Source: an uncultured Nitrospiraceae bacterium
Lineage (GTDB): Bacteria > Nitrospirota > Thermodesulfovibrionia > Thermodesulfovibrionales > Dissulfurispiraceae
Direction: 5' to 3'
Assembly: GCA_963727805.1 (NCBI GenBank)
Contig: CAVSHF010000003.1
Coordinates: 1,664,001-1,728,000 of the forward strand
Length of the DNA: 64,000 bases
Part shown: positions 54,903-63,334 of the stretch, piece by piece
Numbering within the stretch: the first letter of the stretch is position 1
Layout: the number at the start of each line of letters is the position of its first letter
The notes under the pieces: model-generated
Told to the model about the DNA's origin: nothing
Seen by the model: only the letters and a program-made list of their open reading frames with translations
Databases searched by the model: none
Position numbers and translations under genes: made by a program

Positions 54903-55448
54903 TCACCAATTAGCAAGGTTCTTGATGATTTCCAGTTGATCATCGGCGTTGTGCCAGATGATTAGTATCGAATCCTCATCTATACTTTTCCAGTATTGAC
55001 CGGTAGGCTTGTAGAGGTGGATTTTAGTTGTAAGACGATATTTGTGGACTATTGGCTCGACATCCTGCCCGACATAAATGCGCCCCTTAAGCTCGGAGGA
55101 AAGAAAGGGAAATTCCATCTGATATCGCCATAACAGTAGGCCATCACGGTAAATCTCCAGAAGGTCTGAATAAGCTTTCAGAAGTTTTCTCTCCTCCCTA
55201 GTCGAAACCGTGTCTTTTGCCGCGGCCATTTCATTGGACAAAATCTGCACTCGTTCGGCCACCTGCTGGTAAAGCGCCCCCTCGGCAATGGCTTTTTTTA
55301 TCGCTAGGGCAGCAACGCTCAATTTAATAAATTTGCTCTTGTTAATTGCCGGTCCGAATGAACAGTTCCACTGAAGAATTAAGATGATAAAAAGCGAAAT
55401 CAGAAAAAATCCCCGTATCTTCACACGCTCTTGCCCAAAAACAGTCAT
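54903..55448 (-). CDS. Hypothetical exported or lipoprotein
   Basis: Hydrophobic N-terminus ending in Cys; 181-aa ORF. Confidence 0.65.
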   Translation of the reverse strand: MTVFGQERVKIRGFFLISLFIILILQWNCSFGPAINKSKFIKLSVAALAIKKAIAEGALYQQVAERVQILSNEMAAAKDTVSTREERKLLKAYSDLLEIYRDGLLLWRYQMEFPFLSSELKGRIYVGQDVEPIVHKYRLTTKIHLYKPTGQYWKSIDEDSILIIWHNADDQLEIIKNLANW

Positions 55449-55587
55449 ATGTTTAAATATACTTCAGCTCCCTTTACTTTTCTATATATTAGTAGAAATA
55501 GAAATCCTTATTCTCTAAGGAGAATATTAAAACAATTCATTAATCAACAATGGTCTGACTGTTGAAAGCTCGGATCGAATAATACGT

Positions 55588-56190
55588 CTAATGGAAGAAC
55601 GGAATCCGGAAAATCATCATGTAGCCATTCAGAGTTAAAACAGCACCTATCGATGTGGCAATAAGCGAAAAATAGAAAACTGGGCGCGACAGAGAGATGA
55701 TTGATATGGATGCCATGACTATGGCGATCTGCAGCATCACCTCGCCATAGTCAAAATATGGGTCTTTTGCCCTGTTGATATCACGCTCAAGGTCAAGCTT
55801 TTTTGCTTCCTGCTCTATCTCTTTTTTTTCAGCTGCATAGCGGACCTCTTGGTCAGCAACCTTACTGAGCTGAACTTGGTATTGTTTTAGGACATCTGGC
55901 TTCATCGCGTCTTTGCGTTCTAAAAGTAGCGCCTCGATACGGCTTTTTTCTATCCCATAGAGATGTTCACGCATGACCTTGGATTGATAGAACGCCCACT
56001 GATCAGAGGCTTGCTGCTGGGCAAGCAGCATCTCTTTCATGGCATTGTTACCACCAAGAGAGCATATAGCGAGCAAGACGGCAATCAACGCTGTATACAG
56101 AGCAACCTTTTTTGTAAAAGTGTTCTCTCTTTTCTCTTTCAATTCATCGATATTAGGCAATTCGACTTCATCCACTGAGATATCCCTCAT
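55588..56190 (-). CDS. DUF4337 family membrane protein
   Basis: VALYTA..AV..A, ASDQWAFYQSK and LQIAIV.ASI. Confidence 0.85.
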   Translation of the reverse strand: MRDISVDEVELPNIDELKEKRENTFTKKVALYTALIAVLLAICSLGGNNAMKEMLLAQQQASDQWAFYQSKVMREHLYGIEKSRIEALLLERKDAMKPDVLKQYQVQLSKVADQEVRYAAEKKEIEQEAKKLDLERDINRAKDPYFDYGEVMLQIAIVMASISIISLSRPVFYFSLIATSIGAVLTLNGYMMIFRIPFFH

Positions 56191-56415
56191 TGCTGATATA
56201 AATATATCTTAACTGGAATCTTCAAAACGACGATAAAAACTTCTGAACGCGTAACTGTATGCTTTATATCATACCATTTTTATTATGCATAATAAATTGG
56301 GGTATAGTGCAATGCTGGATATCGTTAGAACCTACCCATTAATTTGCAGCAAGGGGGATTATACGGAGCGCTTGGGCGTCCCAGTTGTCGGCCGTACAAC
56401 CACGGAATGCAACAT

Positions 56416-56675
56416 TTACCCACAGAAATGCAATTCTATCTTAGACCTCCTACGTTTCACAAAACCAGTACCCATTAGAATCATGACTAACAACAAAAAG
56501 GCGATTCCACATGCAAAGCTTGCAACGTAAAAAGGATATCGATGGCATCCCGGCCGCGGAAATCCTTTCGGACAAGAATATACGCCACAGGCAAACCACA
56601 CGCAACGATGAAGAATGATGCTACAGCCGAAACCTACAGCGAAAGTCGCAGTGGGAATAGAATCGAGCCTTCCAT
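56416..56675 (-). pseudogene. modB: Molybdate ABC permease modB pseudogene (nonsense codon and large internal deletion)
   Basis: Starts 6 nt after modA: MEGSILFPLRLSL*VSAVAS...GLPVAYILVRKDFRGRDAIDILFTL, then jumps out of frame to a last-TM-like segment; TAG at 56636-56634. Confidence 0.75.
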
Positions 56676-56681
56676 AGCTGG

Positions 56682-57461
56682 CTACCTCGGGATACCGAAT
56701 CCATATTTGAGAAGTATTTGTTTGCCCTCCTCTGAGCGGAGCATTTCGACGAACTTTCTTGCTAATGCCTCTGCGCTAGTTCCTTTCACAACGGCAGCAG
56801 GATAGATCACCGACTGATGGCTCTCAGCAGGGGCAGAAACTACCACTATTACATCCTTGACACGCGTCCTAGCGTCTGTTGCATAAACAATTCCTGCGTC
56901 TACTTCCCCGCGTGCGACATAATCGAGAACTTGCCGCACATTCTCAGCATATATTCTCTTGTCCTTTATATATGGTTTAATTTTATAGAAACTGAGGACT
57001 TCCTCAGCATAGCGGCCAGCAGGTACTGTTTGGGGATTGCCCATCGCAATGAGTTTCACGTCTCGAGATGCCAGAGCAGCAAATGATTTGATGTGAAGCA
57101 CTGACGTCTTTGAGATAATAAGAACAACACTGTTACCGGCAAACCCGATCCTCGTACCACTAACTATGAGTCCCTTGGCCTGCAGATCATCCATATCTTT
57201 CTGCGCAGCAGATGCAAAAACATCTACAGGTGCCCCGCCTTCAATCTGCCGCACCAAGGCACCCGAAGCACCGAAGTTCCACAGCACCTTAACCCCTCTG
57301 TTCTTCTCTTCATACGCCTTCCCGATTTCCTCGAAGGCATTCTTAAGGCTGAGGGCAGCTGAGACAGTAATCTCCTTGTAAGATTCGGCGGTTGCGCTTG
57401 ACGCTGCCAGCGCCGGTAATATCGATCCCGTAAGAATCAAAATAAATATTTTTTTTATCAT
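56682..57461 (-). CDS. modA: Molybdate ABC transporter substrate-binding protein
   Basis: SAALSL, FGASGAL..QI..GAPVDVFASA, VPAGRYA, ENVRQVL and DAGIVY.TD; start 57461 or 57497. Confidence 0.93.
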   Translation of the reverse strand: MIKKIFILILTGSILPALAASSATAESYKEITVSAALSLKNAFEEIGKAYEEKNRGVKVLWNFGASGALVRQIEGGAPVDVFASAAQKDMDDLQAKGLIVSGTRIGFAGNSVVLIISKTSVLHIKSFAALASRDVKLIAMGNPQTVPAGRYAEEVLSFYKIKPYIKDKRIYAENVRQVLDYVARGEVDAGIVYATDARTRVKDVIVVVSAPAESHQSVIYPAAVVKGTSAEALARKFVEMLRSEEGKQILLKYGFGIPR

Positions 57462-57477
57462 CAGTGTATAGAAATTC

Positions 57478-58263
57478 CTACTCCCTCTTTCTTTCATTTA
57501 TTTGTACCTCCTGTCTCTGGACACTGCCGCACACTTTACAGCCCTCACTCCTGTGAATATTGAATTTCCTGAACTCCATGCCCGCAGCATCGATATAAAT
57601 CATTTTGTAAAGCAGGGCTTCACGAAACCCTATCAACAATTTGAGTGTCTCAACAGCCATTAAACAGCCAAGCATGCCCGAAACAGCCCCCAACACGGGA
57701 AACCCCATTTCCTCCCAAGCGGGATCGTCCTCGGGATATAGACAACTAAGGCATGGCGTCTTGCCCGGGATAACGTTGAAGAGATATCCTTCCATGCCAT
57801 TCATTGCGGCCTCAACCATAGGGATTCCTTTTCGAACGCATCCCTTGTTAAGTGCCCTTCTCTCCTGAAAGGCGGGCCGGGCGGAGAGCGCTATGTCGAC
57901 CCCCACGAGTAAGGCGTCTATGTTATCGTCAGTTGTACGTGCATCCCATATCTCAACTTCCACATCAGGATTGATCTCTTTGATAGTCTTTTTTGCCTGG
58001 ATAACACGACTGTTACCGATCCAGTCATGCTTCATAAGGATCTGACGATTCATATTCGAGAGTGTCAGATCTCCATGATGTACAATAATCATTTTTCCGA
58101 TACCCGCAACAGCTAGGTAAACGGCAGCAGTGCCACCGAGTCCTCCGATCCCTGCTATAAGAGCGCTAGAATCCTTCAGCTTCTGTTGGTGCTCATTCGA
58201 AAAACCCGAGAGCATCATCTGCCTTCGATAGCGTTCCATTTCACGCAGACTTAAAGCATCCAT
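57478..58263 (-). CDS. hesA: HesA/MoeB/ThiF family protein (nif-associated)
   Basis: RYRRQM, GIGGLG, SNMNRQIL, CLSC and CKVC; within the nif cluster. Confidence 0.85.
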   Translation of the reverse strand: MDALSLREMERYRRQMMLSGFSNEHQQKLKDSSALIAGIGGLGGTAAVYLAVAGIGKMIIVHHGDLTLSNMNRQILMKHDWIGNSRVIQAKKTIKEINPDVEVEIWDARTTDDNIDALLVGVDIALSARPAFQERRALNKGCVRKGIPMVEAAMNGMEGYLFNVIPGKTPCLSCLYPEDDPAWEEMGFPVLGAVSGMLGCLMAVETLKLLIGFREALLYKMIYIDAAGMEFRKFNIHRSEGCKVCGSVQRQEVQINERKRE

Positions 58264-58315
58264 TGCAACAACAACCTCCAGGCCTCACATATAACTTTAA
58301 TTGCCATCGTTATTC

Positions 58316-58492
58316 TCACGTAGCTGATAAAACCACGATCTTCGAAATATAAAGCCCAAACACGAGACTACCCCAAGCAATAAGAGCTATATAGGTAGCA
58401 ATCTCGCCTTTTTCACAAACATCAGACCTTCTGGCAATCATCAGCGAAATCATAAACACTAGCAGTCCGAAAACTAACACGCACGTAATCAT
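58316..58492 (-). CDS. 58-aa two-TM small protein
   Basis: GAGGAGG SD; MITCVLVFGLLVFMISLMIARRSDVCEKGEIATYIALIAWGSLVFGLYISKIVVLSAT. Confidence 0.6.
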   Translation of the reverse strand: MITCVLVFGLLVFMISLMIARRSDVCEKGEIATYIALIAWGSLVFGLYISKIVVLSAT

Positions 58493-58539
58493 TGTTTACC
58501 TCCTCAGTGTTAACATGTATCAATGCTTATGAGTTATTT

Positions 58540-58677
58540 TCACATCATTAAAGATCTGAACCCCAGACACGCCGCGGATAAAAGCGCGCGGAGAACAAGT
58601 GCCTCTCGTGAGAAAAGGGTCAGGGTCATAATCGTAATAGCCACGTACTTGCAGTTCAACAAACAACCGCTCAGCAT
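58540..58677 (-). CDS. 45-aa hydrophobic small protein
   Basis: AAGGAGG SD at the nifB stop; MLSGCLLNCKYVAITIMTLTLFSREALVLRALLSAACLGFRSLMM. Confidence 0.45.
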   Translation of the reverse strand: MLSGCLLNCKYVAITIMTLTLFSREALVLRALLSAACLGFRSLMM

Positions 58678-58687
58678 AGTAGCCTCC

Positions 58688-59581
58688 TTAATTACACATT
58701 TCGTATTCCTCGCCTATCATTGCCGCGAGCACTTCAAGTTCCATGTCCTTATCCTCGCCGATTGTCCCACATGCGTCAGCCCGACATTGCCTACAGTGCG
58801 TCATCTGCTCCACGTATGGACTGCATTCTCGGCGCAGAGAGTTGATCAATTCTGGCTTCGGCCTTTCCATGCCACCAAATTCTGCTTGAGGAATCAAGGG
58901 TAAGATATTCATTATATCAGCTCCCCTGGTACCCGCAAGCCTTGCGATAATTGGGATGTCTGTATCGTTGATACCAGGGATCAAAACGGTATTGACCTTC
59001 ACCGCCAGCCCTGCATCAACTGCATTGAAAAGACCCCTCCACTGATTCGCATAAAGGAGCTCCGCGGCTTCCTTTCCCGTATATCTCTTACCTCTGTATA
59101 CAACCCAGGAATAGATCTTTTCTGCCGTTTCGGGTATGGCCGTATTAATGGTTATAGTTATACTCCTTACTCCTGATTTCATAAGGTCTTCCAGCCTGTC
59201 TGTGAGATATAGTCCGTTAGTTGAAGCACAAAGGATCAGATCGGGAAATTCCCTCCTAATTAACCTGAAGGTCTCAAAAGTCTCTTCATTAGCCAGAGGA
59301 TCACCAGGGCCAGCTATCCCAACTACACTGAGGCGCTCGTTTCTCTCCACCAGAAACCTGACCCTGTCAATAGCCTCTTCGGGTGTCAGCACGGTGCTTG
59401 TAACACCAGGTCTCGATTCATGAGCGCAGTCATATTCTCGTCTGCAATACTTGCACTGAATATTGCAAGCTGGAGCAACCGGCAGATGGATCCGCCCAAA
59501 GCGGTGATGAGCTTCTTTAGAGAAGCAGGGGTGGTTCTGCACAATTTTTTTCATTTTGGGTGGTGCCGCATATTCTTTCAT
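58688..59581 (-). CDS. nifB: Radical-SAM FeMo-co biosynthesis protein NifB (no NifX-like domain)
   Basis: All NifB fingerprints: HPC, CNIQCKYC, ESRP, AGPG, TITIN and CRQCRADACG. Confidence 0.9.
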   Translation of the reverse strand: MKEYAAPPKMKKIVQNHPCFSKEAHHRFGRIHLPVAPACNIQCKYCRREYDCAHESRPGVTSTVLTPEEAIDRVRFLVERNERLSVVGIAGPGDPLANEETFETFRLIRREFPDLILCASTNGLYLTDRLEDLMKSGVRSITITINTAIPETAEKIYSWVVYRGKRYTGKEAAELLYANQWRGLFNAVDAGLAVKVNTVLIPGINDTDIPIIARLAGTRGADIMNILPLIPQAEFGGMERPKPELINSLRRECSPYVEQMTHCRQCRADACGTIGEDKDMELEVLAAMIGEEYEMCN

Positions 59582-59626
59582 AATTTCCTCTCTGCATCGA
59601 TTGAAATAAATTTACTATTGTTGAAA

Positions 59627-59659
59627 TGCAATACAGATGCCACATGTAAGTGTCTGATA
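59627..59659 (-). promoter_or_regulatory. Sigma54 -24/-12 promoter with adjacent IHF-like site
   Basis: Minus strand TGGCATCTGTATTGCA (59642-59627), preceded by TATCAGACACTTA (59659-59647). Confidence 0.8.
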
Positions 59660-59871
59660 ATATTACATCTCGTCGTGTGCTTATATTACTAATATGTCCT
59701 ATTTATAACTTTTTTGTATTCTTTTTTTTGAGCTTCCCAAGTTGGGCCATTTTTCTAAGGTAGGGCTAAAGTCAGCTACGTGAGACAAAGAATATCGCTA
59801 AAGTAGGCGCGCAGACATAGCGCAAAGATCCGGTATCGCAAGCAATCACAAGATTCTTAATATTGAGGAAT

Positions 59872-61110
59872 TTATGGAGTTACAGTGAGTATCCTGGCTA
59901 CAATATCGGGGAAATCAGCAATCAATTTCAATTCATCGTCCATCAGTGGTTTTTGAGTATGAATATTTGCATACTGGACAAGACTTAGTATTTTCCTAGC
60001 CTCGCCATCATTACGAAAGTTGATACCGAGTTTGCTATACACGTGTCTAAAGCCTTTAATGCCGCTGTAAGCCCCGGTTGTAATGATTCTCCCAGTTTCA
60101 AAAAGTTCAGGCATTCCCCTCCCGATGGCCTCAGGGGCGTAAAGCTCATAACTTCGTCGGTCCTTGAGCGTGCCATCTGCATGAATCCCTGATTCATGGG
60201 CAAATGCGTTTGCACCGACACCGGGTTGATTCAACGGAATCGGAATATTAAATGCGTGCGATGCATACCTCGCTATCTTCCATGACTGCACCAAGTCGAT
60301 AGACTCGTCACAAAATACCTTATTTTTCAGATCAGATGAGTACTTTAATGCCAGCAGCACAGAAACTAAATCACAGTTGCCAGCACGCTCGCCGTAACCG
60401 TTGATCGTGGTATTTATATAGGCATCATACCCTCTTTCCGTCGCGCCCTGAGCTCCTGCAATCGAAACGGCGACTGCCATGCCGATGTCATTGTGGCAGT
60501 GTAACTCAACGGGTAGCCCAGTAGCGCCAGTGATTGCCTTAATCTTTTCATAAATGGCCAGAGGTTCATCTGCGCCAAGCGTATCACTATACCTGAAACG
60601 CACCGCGCCTGCTTCCTTACCTGCCATGACAAACTCAATAAGTTTATCAAGTTCGGTCCTCGAAGCGTCTTCAGCGCTAATAGCCAGCGTCTCCACCCCC
60701 TTTTCCTTAGCCGACAATACGGTTGCAACAAGCAATTTGACGATATCCTTCCAAGTTTTCCTGCCTTGAAACTTTGCTTTGATCATGATGTCCGACGTGG
60801 GAAGCGAAACATTAAGGTGCCTGATTGTCGGACAATTCTTGAATGTCAACTCTATGTCCTCCGGAATTGCACGGCACCATCCTTCAAGACGCAATCTCTT
60901 AATACCCCCCACCCTAGCCAACTCGAGGTTAGCATTAATGTAATTTGCTTCATGGCTCAATGCAGGGAAGCCCATCTCGCTCTGGTACACTCCCATCTGG
61001 TCAAGATAGATATTGATCATTGTTTTTGAGAGCTTAGGCAATAGAATCCGTGACGCCTGGACGGCATCTCGGTTCGTCACATCAATTATGTAGACTTTGT
61101 TGTTCATCAT
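59872..61110 (-). CDS. nifV: Homocitrate synthase
   Basis: DVTNRD.VQ, DTLG, HCHND.GMA, GERAGN and AFAHESGIH.DG; nif context; start uncertain. Confidence 0.82.
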   Translation of the reverse strand: MMNNKVYIIDVTNRDAVQASRILLPKLSKTMINIYLDQMGVYQSEMGFPALSHEANYINANLELARVGGIKRLRLEGWCRAIPEDIELTFKNCPTIRHLNVSLPTSDIMIKAKFQGRKTWKDIVKLLVATVLSAKEKGVETLAISAEDASRTELDKLIEFVMAGKEAGAVRFRYSDTLGADEPLAIYEKIKAITGATGLPVELHCHNDIGMAVAVSIAGAQGATERGYDAYINTTINGYGERAGNCDLVSVLLALKYSSDLKNKVFCDESIDLVQSWKIARYASHAFNIPIPLNQPGVGANAFAHESGIHADGTLKDRRSYELYAPEAIGRGMPELFETGRIITTGAYSGIKGFRHVYSKLGINFRNDGEARKILSLVQYANIHTQKPLMDDELKLIADFPDIVARILTVTP

Positions 61111-61140
61111 ACCGTTCATTAAAGTATATGGTTTCATATA

Positions 61141-61638
61141 ATGCAAAAAAAGGCGCTACAGCAGTCACACACTCGCCAGCCGATCCTAATGCACTCAGGC
61201 TACACTTAGTTCAGGTCACCAAATATCGCCGTAAGGTACTGACGGAGAAAATCCTCAAGTACCTGCAAAAGGCCTTCGCCGAGATACGTGAGGCCTCCGC
61301 ATTGCTAACTGATCGACGTTGGAGGCGAAGATGATCATATCCATCTTCTGATAGAAAGACACCCCGCTCTTAACATCGCCACCCTGATCAATAACCTTAA
61401 GTCAGACAACTCTAAAAGGGTTCGTAACAACTTCCCTCAGCACATCGCTTTATTTTACTGGAAACCCAACTTCTGGGACAGAGCATACTTTGTTGGCAGT
61501 GTTGGTAATGTAATCTTTGAGACTATCAGACAATATGTCCAACAGCAAGGCACCAAAGAACTTCCGCAAAAAACAAAATCCACAGCATCCCCCCTGCTAG
61601 CGTAAGCCAGGAGGGGGAATGCGCAGCAATGAGTTCAA
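61141..61638 (+). pseudogene. tnpA: IS200/IS605 tnpA (Y1 HUH transposase) relic with right-end hairpin
   Basis: LHLVQVTKYRRKVL, frameshift and TAA near 61300, GEDDHIHLL, LINNLKS, FWDRAYFVGS and IRQYVQQQ; hairpin 61585-61622. Confidence 0.85.
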
Positions 61639-61913
61639 ATCTCAATGTGGATATGGCATTTCTTTGTACAGGTCCGAGAACATGCCTCACAGCCAATACA
61701 CTTTTCGGCATGAGCGACAGACATAACTTTGTTGCCCATATCGTCACCAAACTCGTCATTACCCTCAAACGGCTTTTCGATCAGCTCGAGGACTTCCCTG
61801 CTGCATACCTTGTAGCAGCGGCCGCAACCAATACACTTATTGACATCAATCGATTCTATGAATTTGGGGACCCAAACTTCTCCTCCCCTAGTATATCCCA
61901 TCATGGTCGCCAT
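61635..61913 (-). CDS. fdxB: Nif-specific ferredoxin III (2x[4Fe-4S])
   Basis: GYTRGGEVWVPKFI, CIGCGRCYKVC and CIGCEACSRTC. Confidence 0.88.
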   Translation of the reverse strand: MATMMGYTRGGEVWVPKFIESIDVNKCIGCGRCYKVCSREVLELIEKPFEGNDEFGDDMGNKVMSVAHAEKCIGCEACSRTCTKKCHIHIEI

Positions 61914-62087
61914 ATTGCCTCCTTTCCTGCACTGACATTTCCATTATTAATTCTTTTGGCGAAACTTCAAAATACTTGTCATCTCTACTCAGGGCAGCGA
62001 TGCCCCGTCAGAAACATCCTGAACGATGTATACTGTCCTTCATGTAGCGAGTAATACTCGGCTATCCTGCAGTTTTCTGCAATTTGG

Positions 62088-62504
62088 CTAAGCTATTGCT
62101 AAATCGCCCTGTTCTCCGGTTCTCACGCGAGATGCGCTATCGATAGGACAGACAAATATCTTTCCGTCTCCAGGCTTACCAGTCTTGTTGACCTGTATTA
62201 TCTCATTGACTACTTTGCTTGCCATATCGTCCGGTACGATGATCGTCAAAAGTCGCTTCGGAACGTAGAGCGCCACCTTTGGTAGAGTATGTTCAAGGGC
62301 ATAAGACGATGGCGTCGCCTTCAATTTAACCGTGGTGCAGTAGCTGTCAGGCAACTCCGAATCCATCTCAGCGCACATGGCCCCCTTCTGTTTTCCCCTT
62401 CCTTCAACGCTCTGTATCGTAAGGGATGGCAAGCCAAGTTCTTCCAGCACCCTCTTCGTGTCCGGAAGCTTATCCCGCCTGATAATTGCCATAACCTCTT
62501 TCAT
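62088..62504 (-). CDS. nifI2: PII-family nitrogenase regulator NifI2
   Basis: KEVMAIIR, GRGKQKG, extended T-loop, PKRLL and GDGKIFV. Confidence 0.88.
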   Translation of the reverse strand: MKEVMAIIRRDKLPDTKRVLEELGLPSLTIQSVEGRGKQKGAMCAEMDSELPDSYCTTVKLKATPSSYALEHTLPKVALYVPKRLLTIIVPDDMASKVVNEIIQVNKTGKPGDGKIFVCPIDSASRVRTGEQGDLAIA

Positions 62505-62818
62505 AGGCCAGCCTCCCCTGTTCTTATTGTGTAGGCATTATCGACCGGACTTACAAATATTTTTCCATCCCCTATAAATCCTGACCTAGCCTTGTCCTGG
62601 ATAATCTTGACCACCTTGTCAGCATCTTCGTCATCGATCACAGTCATGATCAGCGTCTTAGGTAGTTCATCGTAATGGAGCGGTCCAACTTGCAGTCCTT
62701 TCTGCTTACCCCTTCCAAAGACTGGCATCTTGGTAAGTGAAGGGAATCCGGCACCTTCGAGTGCCAGCACCACCTCCTGCTCTTTTTCAGGTCTAATAAA
62801 AGCCCTTATCATTTTCAT
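62501..62818 (-). CDS. nifI1: PII-family nitrogenase regulator NifI1
   Basis: IRAFIRPEK, GRGKQKG...YDELPK and GDGKIFVSPV; gaggagg SD before ATG 62818. Confidence 0.9.
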   Translation of the reverse strand: MKMIRAFIRPEKEQEVVLALEGAGFPSLTKMPVFGRGKQKGLQVGPLHYDELPKTLIMTVIDDEDADKVVKIIQDKARSGFIGDGKIFVSPVDNAYTIRTGEAGL

Positions 62819-62914
62819 TGTGTCTGTCCTCCTCAATAGTTGTGATTGCGCTATGCATTTTTTTTATTATGTCTTGCCTGGCCTGCCTATCGTAATGCCT
62901 GAACACAAGCCTCA

Positions 62915-63313
62915 TTAGCGATTCATGCCCAAAGCTTTTTTTAGCCACGGCGGAGGCGAGACCTTGACCGTTTCGAGCAGTCTCTTCATAGACTCCTCGA
63001 TGGTAACTTCCTCTTTCACCTTCACCGGCATAATTCCTTTCTTTATCAGCCGCGCTGCTGACGGCCCCCCGATCTCGGTGAGATAGATGATCTTGCAGTC
63101 GGCAAGTCTATTCACCTTGGCCTGAACTCGGTCATCGTGTAACTCCCCCAGTCCCCTTGTCTCGACAATCGTCTCATCAACTCCGTCAGCGAATTTTCTC
63201 AGTTCAATAAAACTGTATTCTTCGGGTGTCAATTCATATACAGCAAACGCACCTGCCCTGCCGAAATGCTCGTCTACATTGATACCGTCTGTTGTTGCAA
63301 AGGCTACCTTCAT
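62915..63313 (-). CDS. nifX: FeMo-co carrier NifX
   Basis: MKVAFAT.DG..VDEHFG, IGGPSAA and PPPWLKKAL. Confidence 0.92.
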   Translation of the reverse strand: MKVAFATTDGINVDEHFGRAGAFAVYELTPEEYSFIELRKFADGVDETIVETRGLGELHDDRVQAKVNRLADCKIIYLTEIGGPSAARLIKKGIMPVKVKEEVTIEESMKRLLETVKVSPPPWLKKALGMNR

Positions 63314-63334
63314 ATCGTACCTCCTTCAGCCCAT

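Noticed and set aside
61966..61981. Sigma54 promoter upstream of ferredoxin III (TGACAAGTATTTTGAA)
   Set aside because: Both invariant dinucleotides (GG and GC) are altered; at best a relic
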